Positions 20,594 through 29,196 of a stretch of DNA of 64,000 nt are shown piece by piece. Each line of letters opens with the position of its first letter. Within the stretch, counting starts at the first letter, position 1. This stretch comes from an uncultured Gemmatimonadales bacterium (GTDB lineage Bacteria > Gemmatimonadota > Gemmatimonadetes > Gemmatimonadales > GWC2-71-9), in contig CAWCFX010000001.1 of assembly GCA_963795085.1 (NCBI GenBank), positions 1,152,001-1,216,000 on the forward strand, in the 5' to 3' direction. The notes below the pieces were generated by a model. It was not told the origin of the DNA and ran no database searches. It was given only the letters and a program-made list of their open reading frames with translations. A program made the position numbers and the translations under genes.

Positions 20594-20612
20594 CCGGTTA
20601 CTTTCCGGGCGG

Positions 20613-20696
20613 GCCCGGGTGGCGAAACTGGCAGACGCATGGGACTTAAAATCCCAAGGCTGAAAGGCCGTGCGGGTTCGATTCCCGCCCCGGGCA
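20613..20696 (+). tRNA. tRNA-Leu(UAA)
   Basis: Acceptor GCCCGGG/CCCGGGC with discriminator A; D-loop TGG; anticodon stem TGGGA/TCCCA with TAA at 20647-20649; long variable arm; GGTTCGATTCC T-arm; CCA not encoded. Confidence 0.97.
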
Positions 20697-20813
20697 CTGG
20701 TGACGCAGCAGGCACGGCATAAAGGAGAGTGGGAACCGGGGGGTATAAGCGGGGTACCAGACACCACAGTCTCCTCGTGGTTCTGTCCCACCCCAAGATG
20801 GACCGGTGCCCTG

Positions 20814-21005
20814 TTGACCGAGAAACCCCGCAAAGTCGCATGGTTGAAGCCCGAACATCACGCCTTGTATCCCAGGATTCTGCCCGGCGTCCCCTACCGC
20901 GTCACCAAAACCGAATCCTTCGGTCTGTTTATTGACCTGGCCGGAACCTCGAGGTTTGTTTACTCCGAGCATTTTACGATCACCAGCGATCCGCTGGACG
21001 ATTGA
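20814..21005 (+). CDS. Small hypothetical protein (start uncertain)
   Basis: The 3' part of ORF 20670-21005 looks protein-like (KVAWLKPEHHALYPRI...), while its 5' part overlaps the tRNA. Confidence 0.4.
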   Translation: MTEKPRKVAWLKPEHHALYPRILPGVPYRVTKTESFGLFIDLAGTSRFVYSEHFTITSDPLDD

Positions 21006-21021
21006 CAACGGGGAGGTCACG

Positions 21022-21471
21022 GTGCGAATCCTGGGCTTGGCTATCCTGGCAATGACCCTGGGCTGCGGCCGGGAGACCCCGGCCCGGTCTCCCGATGCCC
21101 GGTCCGATGCCGGGGTGACACCGCCGCCGCCAGCGGCCCCGGCCGAGAAACCCGACCTGATCCGACTCGACACGCCCCTCCCCAACGCGGTGGTCAGCAG
21201 CCCGCTCTCAATTCAGGGCGCGGCGCGGGGGCCCTGGTTCTTCGAGGCCTCCTTCCCGGTGTACCTGCTCAACGCCGCCGGCGATACGATCGCGGTCATT
21301 CCCGCCCAGGCCCAGGGCGAGTGGATGACCCGCGACTTTGTGCCGTTCACCGCCACCCTCATCTTCACGCCGCCGGCCTCCGCCGCGGGCACCCTGGTGC
21401 TCGCCAAGGACAATCCGTCCGGGCTCGCCGAGCACGCGGATGAGCTCCGAGTGCCCATCCGGTTCCGCTGA
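21022..21471 (+). CDS. Lipoprotein with Gmad2-like immunoglobulin domain
   Basis: GGGAGG RBS plus GTG; lipobox TLGC; PLPNAVVSSPLSIQGAARGPWFFEASFPV. Confidence 0.8.
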   Translation: MRILGLAILAMTLGCGRETPARSPDARSDAGVTPPPPAAPAEKPDLIRLDTPLPNAVVSSPLSIQGAARGPWFFEASFPVYLLNAAGDTIAVIPAQAQGEWMTRDFVPFTATLIFTPPASAAGTLVLAKDNPSGLAEHADELRVPIRFR

Positions 21472-21490
21472 TCCTCAACATCCCAAGGCT

Positions 21491-22627
21491 ATGATGACGC
21501 TGTTTCGCCGACGCCGCTGGCCATCCGTCCCGCTGATCGTCGCCGTCCTCGCCGGCTGCACCGACAGCAAGCCAGGCCAGAGCGATGCCGTGGTTCCCCG
21601 CTGGTCCGGCACCACCGAACTCAGCATCGCCGGTACGGAAACGGCCGGGTTCAGTTCGGTCTCCGGGGTAGCGGCGGACGCCCGGGGACGGGTGTATGTC
21701 GCCGAAGCGGAGCGGGGCACGGTGAGCGGGTTCGATTCCGGCGGCCGTTTCCTCTTCCACCTGGGCGAACCGGGCGGCTTCAAGACGCCCTGCTGCCTCG
21801 CCGTGGGACCCGGGGGGGATGTCTGGTTCCGGGAAACGGGGAACGCCCGCTATCACCGGTTCGTAGCCGGTGACAGCGGGGCCGCGCTTCGGGAAACCCG
21901 CGCCGGTGCGGCGGCGGCCGGCGCACTCCGCAGTGAACTCACCTTTGATGCGGCCGGGCGGCTGATCGACGTGGTGGTTCGCCCCGCGCTCGATGGCCAG
22001 ACTCGCATGCTCCGCTTTCACCTGGACTCGGCGGGCGGCGCGCCGGTGGCCACCGATACCATCGTGGCGCCCCCCGGTGACAGCCTGGGAGTACACCAGG
22101 TCGCGATGGGCAACAACTCCTTCGGATTCATCAGCCAGCCGTTCGGGCCCCGGCTGCTGGTCGCCCACGCGCCGGGCGGCGGCTGGGCCCGGGCGGTCTC
22201 GTCCCGCTACCTGGTGCAATGGCAGACCGCAGACGGCGGGTCCCGGCAGATCCGCCGCGACATGATCGGGCCGGCGCTCTCCGCCCGGGAACGGCGGGAG
22301 GCCGACTCCGTGCTCCAGGCCCAGGTGGCGCGGGTAGGGGAGGCCGCGGGCCGGGTGCCGTTCGGGGTGCCCGGCTCCAAGACACCGATCACCGGGCTCC
22401 TCTTCGACCAGCAGGGGCGGCTCTGGGTTCAGCTGAATGTCGGCGACGGCGAGGTGAACCGGGCGGACGTCTGGGACGCCAGCGGGCAGCGGGTGGGCAA
22501 CGCGGAGTGGCCGGCCGGGGTGGACCTGCGGCCAGGCTTCATCAGCGAACACCTGGCCTACGGCGTCACCACCGACAGCTCGGCAATCCAGCGGGTCGTG
22601 CGGGTACGGTTTCAAACCCGGCGATAG
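21491..22627 (+). CDS. Lipoprotein, beta-propeller (NHL/6-bladed-like)
   Basis: Lipobox LAGC; repeated blades (GVAADARGRVYVAE, LAVGPGGDVW, LLFDQQGRLWV). Confidence 0.8.
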   Translation: MMTLFRRRRWPSVPLIVAVLAGCTDSKPGQSDAVVPRWSGTTELSIAGTETAGFSSVSGVAADARGRVYVAEAERGTVSGFDSGGRFLFHLGEPGGFKTPCCLAVGPGGDVWFRETGNARYHRFVAGDSGAALRETRAGAAAAGALRSELTFDAAGRLIDVVVRPALDGQTRMLRFHLDSAGGAPVATDTIVAPPGDSLGVHQVAMGNNSFGFISQPFGPRLLVAHAPGGGWARAVSSRYLVQWQTADGGSRQIRRDMIGPALSARERREADSVLQAQVARVGEAAGRVPFGVPGSKTPITGLLFDQQGRLWVQLNVGDGEVNRADVWDASGQRVGNAEWPAGVDLRPGFISEHLAYGVTTDSSAIQRVVRVRFQTRR

Positions 22628-22678
22628 CCATGGGCCGCCCGGGATGAGCCATTGAGCACAGGCAATGGCTCATCGGGC

Positions 22679-23395
22679 TCATCTCACCCGCTTCACCTCG
22701 AACTCCGCGCGGCAGCCCCGGTCCACCCACAGGATTCCATCCTGCCGCCCCCAGGTGGTCCCCTCGGTGCAGGCCGTGCGGCCGAGCTGGCGCACTACCC
22801 GGGGCACATCCTGCTCGCCGATCCGGCACTCGAACCGGAGGTTGTCGGCGGACTCACAGGTCACCCAATACATCGTATTGGTGGGACGGGGGAAGCCCGC
22901 CGGCCGGATGGGAGGTGTCACCGCGAACTCGGCGCGGCATCCACGGGAGACGAACACCGAGCCTCCCAGGCGTCCCCAGGTCTGGCCCTCGGTGCAGGCC
23001 GCCGCGCTACGCTGTTTGACCAGCGTGACCGGTGCCGAGGGATCCACCGGGCATTCCGCCGGGGCGTTCCGGGTTGACTCGCAGCGCACCAGGTAGGAAG
23101 GGGCGACGGGTTTGGGTGGCTCGGGCTCTGACGGGGTGCCCGGGGTTGCCTCGAATACGCCGCGGCACCCGCCCCGGACCCAGATCCGGGTGCGCTCCGC
23201 CCCGTAGGTCCGCCCCGGGGTGCAGGGCGTGCTGCTGAGGGTGCGCACCAGCCTGACCTGACTGTTCTCGGGGATGGGGCACTCCGCATACCGGTCGCTC
23301 CGCGATTCGCAGGTAATCTCCCGGGAGGACTGGGCCTCGCCGCTGCAGGCCGGGACCAGCACAAAGAGCACGCACGCCGCCAGGAACCGAAGCAT
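22679..23395 (-). CDS. Secreted protein with three Cys-rich repeats (DUF3011-like)
   Basis: Signal/lipobox VPAC; three copies of CES..C..V.L..Q.S...C..G.TWG....WV..GCRAEF. Confidence 0.85.
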   Translation of the reverse strand: MLRFLAACVLFVLVPACSGEAQSSREITCESRSDRYAECPIPENSQVRLVRTLSSTPCTPGRTYGAERTRIWVRGGCRGVFEATPGTPSEPEPPKPVAPSYLVRCESTRNAPAECPVDPSAPVTLVKQRSAAACTEGQTWGRLGGSVFVSRGCRAEFAVTPPIRPAGFPRPTNTMYWVTCESADNLRFECRIGEQDVPRVVRQLGRTACTEGTTWGRQDGILWVDRGCRAEFEVKRVR

Positions 23396-23526
23396 GGAAT
23401 CCGTCCGATAGAAGTTCCTTCAATAGTTGCCGGGCCCGGCCGGGCATGGCAAGGGAGGCGGGCCGGCTTGCCACGGCCGCCGATATCGCGCACGTTTGTC
23501 GCTTCACCTTGAGCAACGAGACCCCC

Positions 23527-24333
23527 ATGGCGCTTCAGCCGATCACGCCCGGATCCCGGCTTCCCCTCGACGACGATGATGCCAAGGCCCCGAAAGAGCT
23601 GCCCGGCAGCGATGATCTGCGCCAGGAGCTGGGCGGGCTGACCGAGCGGCTCGATCTCCTCCAGCGGGCCTTTTACGCGGAGGGCAAGCGGTCCCTCCTC
23701 GTTGTGATCCAGGGGCGCGATACGTCCGGCAAGGACGGGCTGATCCGCAAGGTCTTCGGGCCGCTCGACGCGCAGGGCTGCGTGGTGACTTCGTTCAAGA
23801 AGCCATCCGATCTCGAACTGGCCCACGACTACCTCTGGCGGGTGCACCATGCGGTGCCCCAGCGGGGCGTGATCGGGGTATTCAACCGCTCCCACTACGA
23901 GGACGTGCTGATCGTCCGGGTGCGGAAACTGGTGCCCGAGTCGGTCTGGAGCCGCCGCTACAGCCACATTAATGATTTCGAGCGGATGCTGACCGATTCG
24001 GGGGTCACCGTGCTCAAGTTCTTTCTTCATATCTCGAAAAAAGAACAGAAGGAGCGGCTGGAAGAACGGTTGATCGACGCCAACAAGAACTGGAAGTTCA
24101 ATCCCGCCGACCTCGACGAGCGCGCCCTCTGGGAGGACTACACCGAAGCCTACCGCGAGATGCTGGCCCGCTGCAGCACCGAGTGGGCGCCCTGGTACCT
24201 GGTCCCCGCCGACAAGAAGGCGGCGCGGGACGTGCTGGTCGCCCGCACCGTGGTGCGGACGATCGAGAAGCTGGATCCCCAGTTCCCCCGCGCCAACCCG
24301 GAAGTGCTCAGGCTGGCGAAGGAAATCATCTAG
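23527..24333 (+). CDS. Polyphosphate kinase 2 family (polyP:nucleotide phosphotransferase, class III-like)
   Basis: QGRDTSGKDG, FNRSHYEDVL, KFFLHISK, APWYLVPADKK. Confidence 0.92.
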   Translation: MALQPITPGSRLPLDDDDAKAPKELPGSDDLRQELGGLTERLDLLQRAFYAEGKRSLLVVIQGRDTSGKDGLIRKVFGPLDAQGCVVTSFKKPSDLELAHDYLWRVHHAVPQRGVIGVFNRSHYEDVLIVRVRKLVPESVWSRRYSHINDFERMLTDSGVTVLKFFLHISKKEQKERLEERLIDANKNWKFNPADLDERALWEDYTEAYREMLARCSTEWAPWYLVPADKKAARDVLVARTVVRTIEKLDPQFPRANPEVLRLAKEII

Positions 24334-24351
24334 CCGGCGGGGACGCCGCCG

Positions 24352-24828
24352 CTATTCCTCCAGGATCGCGAAGGTCGTGCTGTTGCCGCTGACGAAGTGC
24401 AGGGTGCGGCTCCCCAGCTTGATGCGGATGGTGTTGGCAAGCTGGGTATCCGGGGTCGTGATGGTGAGGGCCATCAGCATGTTCTGCCCGGGAAACTGCG
24501 GCAGCCCGTTGGGGAGCTGCCAGTTCTGCCAGTCCAGCGAGTACTCCCCCCGGTCAAACCGAAATCCATCCGGCAGGTCGTCCACCAGCTCGGCCGGCAC
24601 CACGCCGGCCCCCACCTCCGCCGGCCAGGTCTGGAACTCGGTGTGAAAGGCGTAGCTGCCCAGCTTGATGGCGTGGTAGTCGGCCGCCGCCTTTCCCGCG
24701 ATCGCCTGCCGCTTCAGCTCGTGGTAGCGGGGGTAGGCGATTTTCACGAGCAGGCCGACGATGATCATCACCATCAGGATCTCGATGAACGTGTATCCGG
24801 CCCGGGCACCTCGGCGGGGCGCCTTCAT
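24352..24828 (-). CDS. Type IV pilin / pseudopilin
   Basis: Prepilin cleavage site AG|YTFIEILMVMIIVGLL. Confidence 0.9.
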   Translation of the reverse strand: MKAPRRGARAGYTFIEILMVMIIVGLLVKIAYPRYHELKRQAIAGKAAADYHAIKLGSYAFHTEFQTWPAEVGAGVVPAELVDDLPDGFRFDRGEYSLDWQNWQLPNGLPQFPGQNMLMALTITTPDTQLANTIRIKLGSRTLHFVSGNSTTFAILEE

Positions 24829-25322
24829 GGTGCCGGCCGCAGGACGGCGACGCTGGAGCCGAGGAAGGCGTGGGGCGAGTCGGTCGAGGCGTAGCGGATG
24901 GCGGTGTCCGTGGTGGAACGGAGGGAGTACACGTTGCCGTCCAGGACATCGTACCTGATGGCGGGGAGCGGCGCGCCCGCCTCCGCGAGGGTGGCGGGCA
25001 GCCGTCCCCGGGTCCGGCGGAACTGTTCCAGCTGCTGGGCCTGCAGGTAAATCGTAAGGCGGATGCTGGCCTCCTGCTCCGCCGGGCTGGGCCCCGGGGC
25101 AAGCCGCGGCGAGAGCCAGGCGGGGGAACTGAACGCGAGGTAGAGCATGAGCAGGGTGATCACGCCCAGGCTCACCGGCCGGACCAGGCGCTGGCGGCGG
25201 AGCGCGTCCGCCTGCTCGCCGCTCAACCGCGCCTGTTCGGTCCGCCGGGTGTGCTCGTACTCCTCGATCAGCTTGTTCCGTTCAGCTTCGCTGGACGGTT
25301 CCGGAGTTGAAGGGCCTGCCAT
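24825..25322 (-). CDS. Hypothetical single-TM protein with pseudopilin-like helix
   Basis: TM segment, then LEQFRRTRGRLPATLAE; 4-nt overlap with the pilin gene. Confidence 0.7.
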   Translation of the reverse strand: MAGPSTPEPSSEAERNKLIEEYEHTRRTEQARLSGEQADALRRQRLVRPVSLGVITLLMLYLAFSSPAWLSPRLAPGPSPAEQEASIRLTIYLQAQQLEQFRRTRGRLPATLAEAGAPLPAIRYDVLDGNVYSLRSTTDTAIRYASTDSPHAFLGSSVAVLRPAP

Positions 25323-25382
25323 GGGCTGCCTGGAAATGGAAGTGTCGGCAATATAAGCGTCGAGGGGGCGGTTGGCCCACGG

Positions 25383-25763
25383 TCACCCGTCGGTAACCTG
25401 CTGTCCATCGAGCGCGCGCTGGACCTGGAGCGGGAAGTTGCGAATGTCCAGGGGCTTGGTGATGTACCCGTCGAAGCCGGCACGCAGCGCCCGTTCCCGG
25501 TCGCCCGACATCGCGTGGGCGGTGAGCGCCACCACCCGGAGGCCGCGGTGCGCCGAGCCGCGGATTTCCCCCAGCAGGGTGAAACCGTCCTTGTCCGGCA
25601 ACTGGATGTCCATCAGCACCAGGTCGGGCGGGGCGGCATCGAGGGTGCCCAGCAGGCCTTCGCCACTGGGGAGTCCGGTGACCTGGTGTCCCTGGAGGGT
25701 CAGCAGGGTCCGGCAGAGTTTCATGTTGTCCGGGCTATCTTCAACGACCAGGATATGAGCCAC
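25383..25763 (-). CDS. Single-domain response regulator (CheY/DivK-like)
   Basis: ILVVED, PDLVLMDIQLP, ALTAHAM, GYITKP. Confidence 0.93.
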   Translation of the reverse strand: MAHILVVEDSPDNMKLCRTLLTLQGHQVTGLPSGEGLLGTLDAAPPDLVLMDIQLPDKDGFTLLGEIRGSAHRGLRVVALTAHAMSGDRERALRAGFDGYITKPLDIRNFPLQVQRALDGQQVTDG

Positions 25764-25854
25764 GCATCACCGGGTGAATGTTGTTGGCGGGGTAGCAGCC
25801 TATAGGTACAATTCACCCACTGGGTTCGCAACTGCTTCGGGGGTCTCGTCGCCT

Positions 25855-27129
25855 ATGAAAGTGGCCGGGTGGGTCCGGGTTCCCGGGGATAAGAGCATCA
25901 CCCACCGGGCGCTCCTGCTGGCGGCCATGGCCCCGGGGCGGAGTTATCTCGGCTCACCCCTGACTTCGGCGGATGCCCGCAGTACGGCGCGGGTGCTCCG
26001 GCAGCTCGGCGCCCGCATCTCTCCCCTCGCGCCCGGCCGGACGGTGCAGGTGGCCGGCCGCGGCCGGCTGGGGCGCCCGGACCGGGTCCTCCACTGCGGC
26101 AACTCCGGCACCACCGCCCGGCTGGTCCTCGGTCTCCTCGCGGCCCACCGCTTCAGGGCCACCCTCACCGGCGATGCCTCGCTCCGCCGCCGCCCCATGC
26201 GGCGCGTCACCCTCCCCCTCGCCACCATGGGCGCCCGCTTCACGCCGGCAGAACCGGCAGGGCTGCCGCTCGAGGTGCGGGGCGGGACGCTCCAGCCGCT
26301 GCACTATGAAATGCCGGTCTCCAGTGCCCAGATCAAGAGCGCTCTCCTGCTCGCCGGCTATGCCGGACAGGTCGGGGTGACCGTGAAGGAGCCGGGAGGG
26401 CGCTCCCGCGACCACACCGAAGTGATGTTCCGGGGACTCGGCCTGTCCCTGGCGGAGCGGGACGGATGGATCGAGTACCGTCCCGGGCCCCCCATCGCGG
26501 CCTTCGCGATGCAGATTCCCGGCGATATCTCCTCGGCGGCGTTTCTCGTGGGGGCCGCGTTGCTCGCCGAGGGCGGCGAGGTGGGAATCCACCAGGTGGG
26601 GGTCAATCCGACCCGCACCGGTTTTCTCTCCGTGCTGTCCCGGATGGGGGCCGACATCGATATCCGCGAAACCGGGCTGGAGTCGGGAGAGCCAGTGGGC
26701 GAGCTCGTGGCCCGTGCCGGTGTCACCCGGGGCACCGAGGTGGGGCCCGGGGAAATTCCCGGAATCATCGACGAGATTCCCATGCTCGCGGTGGTGGCGA
26801 CCCGGGTGTCCGGGGTCACCCGGTTCAGGGAAGCCGGCGAACTCCGGGTGAAGGAGAGCGACCGGCTCGGCCTGCTCGCCGCCAACATCCGGGCGGTCGG
26901 CGGCCACGCGGCGGTCGAAGGCAACGACCTGGTCATCGAAGGCTCGGACCGCCCGCCCAGGGGGCGGGTGACCACGGAGGGAGATCACCGGCTGGCCATG
27001 GCGTTTGCCGTACTGGGAACCGTGTCCGGCGCGACGGTGAAGGTCGACGACATGGACTGCGCCGGCGTGAGCTTTCCCGGGTTCCGCGAGTCGCTCCGGT
27101 CGATCCGGGTGAAGGGCGCCCGTGGCTAG
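25855..27129 (+). CDS. aroA: 3-phosphoshikimate 1-carboxyvinyltransferase
   Basis: PGDKSITHR, CGNSGTT, SAQIKSA, RDHTE, LRVKESDR, GDHRLAM. Confidence 0.97.
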   Translation: MKVAGWVRVPGDKSITHRALLLAAMAPGRSYLGSPLTSADARSTARVLRQLGARISPLAPGRTVQVAGRGRLGRPDRVLHCGNSGTTARLVLGLLAAHRFRATLTGDASLRRRPMRRVTLPLATMGARFTPAEPAGLPLEVRGGTLQPLHYEMPVSSAQIKSALLLAGYAGQVGVTVKEPGGRSRDHTEVMFRGLGLSLAERDGWIEYRPGPPIAAFAMQIPGDISSAAFLVGAALLAEGGEVGIHQVGVNPTRTGFLSVLSRMGADIDIRETGLESGEPVGELVARAGVTRGTEVGPGEIPGIIDEIPMLAVVATRVSGVTRFREAGELRVKESDRLGLLAANIRAVGGHAAVEGNDLVIEGSDRPPRGRVTTEGDHRLAMAFAVLGTVSGATVKVDDMDCAGVSFPGFRESLRSIRVKGARG

Positions 27130-27832
27130 CCGAGTAATCGCGATCGACGGCCCCGCGGCGAGCGGCAAGTCGAGCACTGCCCGCGCCGTGGCGACCGCGC
27201 TGGGGTTCGCGCACCTCGATTCCGGCGCCCTCTATCGCGGGGTGACCCTGGTGGCCCTGCGGGAATCCGGCCGGGCCGGCGCGGCCGGTGCCACTCCACT
27301 CGATGCCCTCGAGCCCGACGTCATCCTGCGTCATGCGGAGGACCGGGGCCTCAAGCTGCTGCCCGACGGGCCGGGGTTCGCCACCTACCTGGAGGGCGAG
27401 CCGGTGGACGATGCCATCCGCGCCCAGGATGTCACCGCCCAGGTGTCCGCGGTGTCGGCGGTACCGGTGATCCGGGAATGGGTGAACAGCTACCTCCGGT
27501 CCATCGTACGGGCGGGGAGCGACGTCGTGATCGACGGCCGCGATATCGGCACCGTGGTCTTTCCCGATGCCGATCTCAAGATCTTCCTGACCGCCTCGGC
27601 GGAGGCGCGAGCCGGCCGCCGGATCTCCCAGCGGGGCCGGGCCGTGGATGCCGAGCGCCTGAAGCGGGAAACCGAAGCGCTGGCCGCGCGGGACCATGCC
27701 GACTCCACCCGGGAGGTGGCGCCGCTGCGGCAGGCGCCCGACGCCATCGAAGTGGACACTACGGCGCTGACGTTCGCCCAGCAGGTGGAGGGCATCGTCA
27801 CCCTGGCGCGGGAACTCTTCGCCGCCCAGTAG
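27122..27832 (+). CDS. cmk: Cytidylate kinase
   Basis: IDGPAASGKSS, DSGALYR, DGRDIGTVVFP. Confidence 0.97.
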   Translation: MASRVIAIDGPAASGKSSTARAVATALGFAHLDSGALYRGVTLVALRESGRAGAAGATPLDALEPDVILRHAEDRGLKLLPDGPGFATYLEGEPVDDAIRAQDVTAQVSAVSAVPVIREWVNSYLRSIVRAGSDVVIDGRDIGTVVFPDADLKIFLTASAEARAGRRISQRGRAVDAERLKRETEALAARDHADSTREVAPLRQAPDAIEVDTTALTFAQQVEGIVTLARELFAAQ

Positions 27833-27871
27833 GCCGCCGGCCGCCAGGCCGGCGCGAAAAAGGGGACAACC

Positions 27872-28888
27872 ATGGCGGAATCCGCGCGGGTCTCGCGGGG
27901 TGGCCGGTGGGGCCGCTGGCTCCTCGTGGCGGCGGCCGCGCTGGTCGGTTCCACGCTTGTGAGCTCGCTGCTGCTGCTCCGCTGTGCCCCGGAGCCACCG
28001 GCGGCTCCGGCCCAGCCTGTCCCGGCTGCACCGGCCGACACCGCCGGGATGGTCCGGACCGAGATGCGCAACGTGGACTACCACGTGGACGCGGATATCG
28101 TCCTCCGGATTCAGTATCTCCGCGGGCACCTGGTCCCGGTGCGAGCCGGGGAAGTGCCGGTGTTCGAGAACGGTGAATCCTACCGGCTGCGCATCGAAAC
28201 GGCGGAGATCTTCGTGGATACCCTGGATCTCAGCCGGCTGATCAATCGGCGGGTATTCGGCTACCGGGGAGCGCCCATCCGGGACCTGGCCCTCTCGGTG
28301 GACGGCGAGGAACTGGTCCAGCGCGGCAAGCTCGGCAACGTGCCCTTCGTCATCCGGTCCCGGGTGTCGCTGGCGGCCGACGGCGAAGTCCGGCTCCATC
28401 CCGTGGACGTCAAGGTCCTGGGGATCCACGCCGACGGCCTCATGCGCCGGCTGGGCCTCGAACTGGATGAGATGCTCAAGGTGCAACCGGACCGGGGGAT
28501 GCGGATCGAGGGGAACGATTTCCTCCTGGATGTCACCGCCATCCTTCCGCCGCCCCGCGTCCTGGGCCGGCTGGCCGCGGTGAGCCTCGAGCCCGGCGGC
28601 ATGCGGCAGCGGTTCGGACCCCGCGACAGCCTGCCGCCGCGCCCGGTCTTCGGCGACACCATCCCGGCGGCCAATTACCTGGCCTATCGCGGGGGCAGCA
28701 TTCGCTTCGGCAAGCTGACCATGCGGGGCACCGACCTCCTCATCGTGGACGCGGACCCGCGCGACCGTCTCGATTTTTACCTGGCCCGGTACCACGAGCA
28801 GCTGGTGGCCGGCACCCATCGGACCACCCCGGAGGACGGCCTGGTGGTCTGGATGCCGGACCAGAACGACCTCGGCAAAGCGCCCTGA
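27872..28888 (+). CDS. Hypothetical membrane-anchored beta-rich protein
   Basis: AGGGG RBS, N-terminal TM, 338 aa with GC-rich codon usage. Confidence 0.75.
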   Translation: MAESARVSRGGRWGRWLLVAAAALVGSTLVSSLLLLRCAPEPPAAPAQPVPAAPADTAGMVRTEMRNVDYHVDADIVLRIQYLRGHLVPVRAGEVPVFENGESYRLRIETAEIFVDTLDLSRLINRRVFGYRGAPIRDLALSVDGEELVQRGKLGNVPFVIRSRVSLAADGEVRLHPVDVKVLGIHADGLMRRLGLELDEMLKVQPDRGMRIEGNDFLLDVTAILPPPRVLGRLAAVSLEPGGMRQRFGPRDSLPPRPVFGDTIPAANYLAYRGGSIRFGKLTMRGTDLLIVDADPRDRLDFYLARYHEQLVAGTHRTTPEDGLVVWMPDQNDLGKAP

Positions 28889-29196
28889 AAGACGGCGGGT
28901 TTACCGCCCCGGACCAAGAGAAATGGGTGGGTTCGCCGCGGGCGGCTCCGGCCGGGAGCGGTGCCCACAAGGGAGAAGTGCCAGCCAGGGTGGGCTGCAC
29001 AGTGTGCGCCGGGGATGGCCTGGTCGCCTAATTTCGGGTAGCAGTGCCCCGGGGTTGTCTATTTGGGGCCCAATTTCTATGTTCTAAGGCTCTCTCCGGT
29101 CCTTTGGGCCGGCTGAGACGGGCTGCCGCATTCCGCGCCGGTCCTACCCCAACCCGCAGAGTGGCCTGCTGCGGCTATCGAGGAAACCCAATCCGC

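Noticed and set aside
21726..21739. 14-nt match (GCGGGTTCGATTCC) to the tRNA T-arm, possible attR
   Set aside because: It lies in frame within an intact CDS, does not extend to the tRNA 3' end, and there is no integrase; probably chance.
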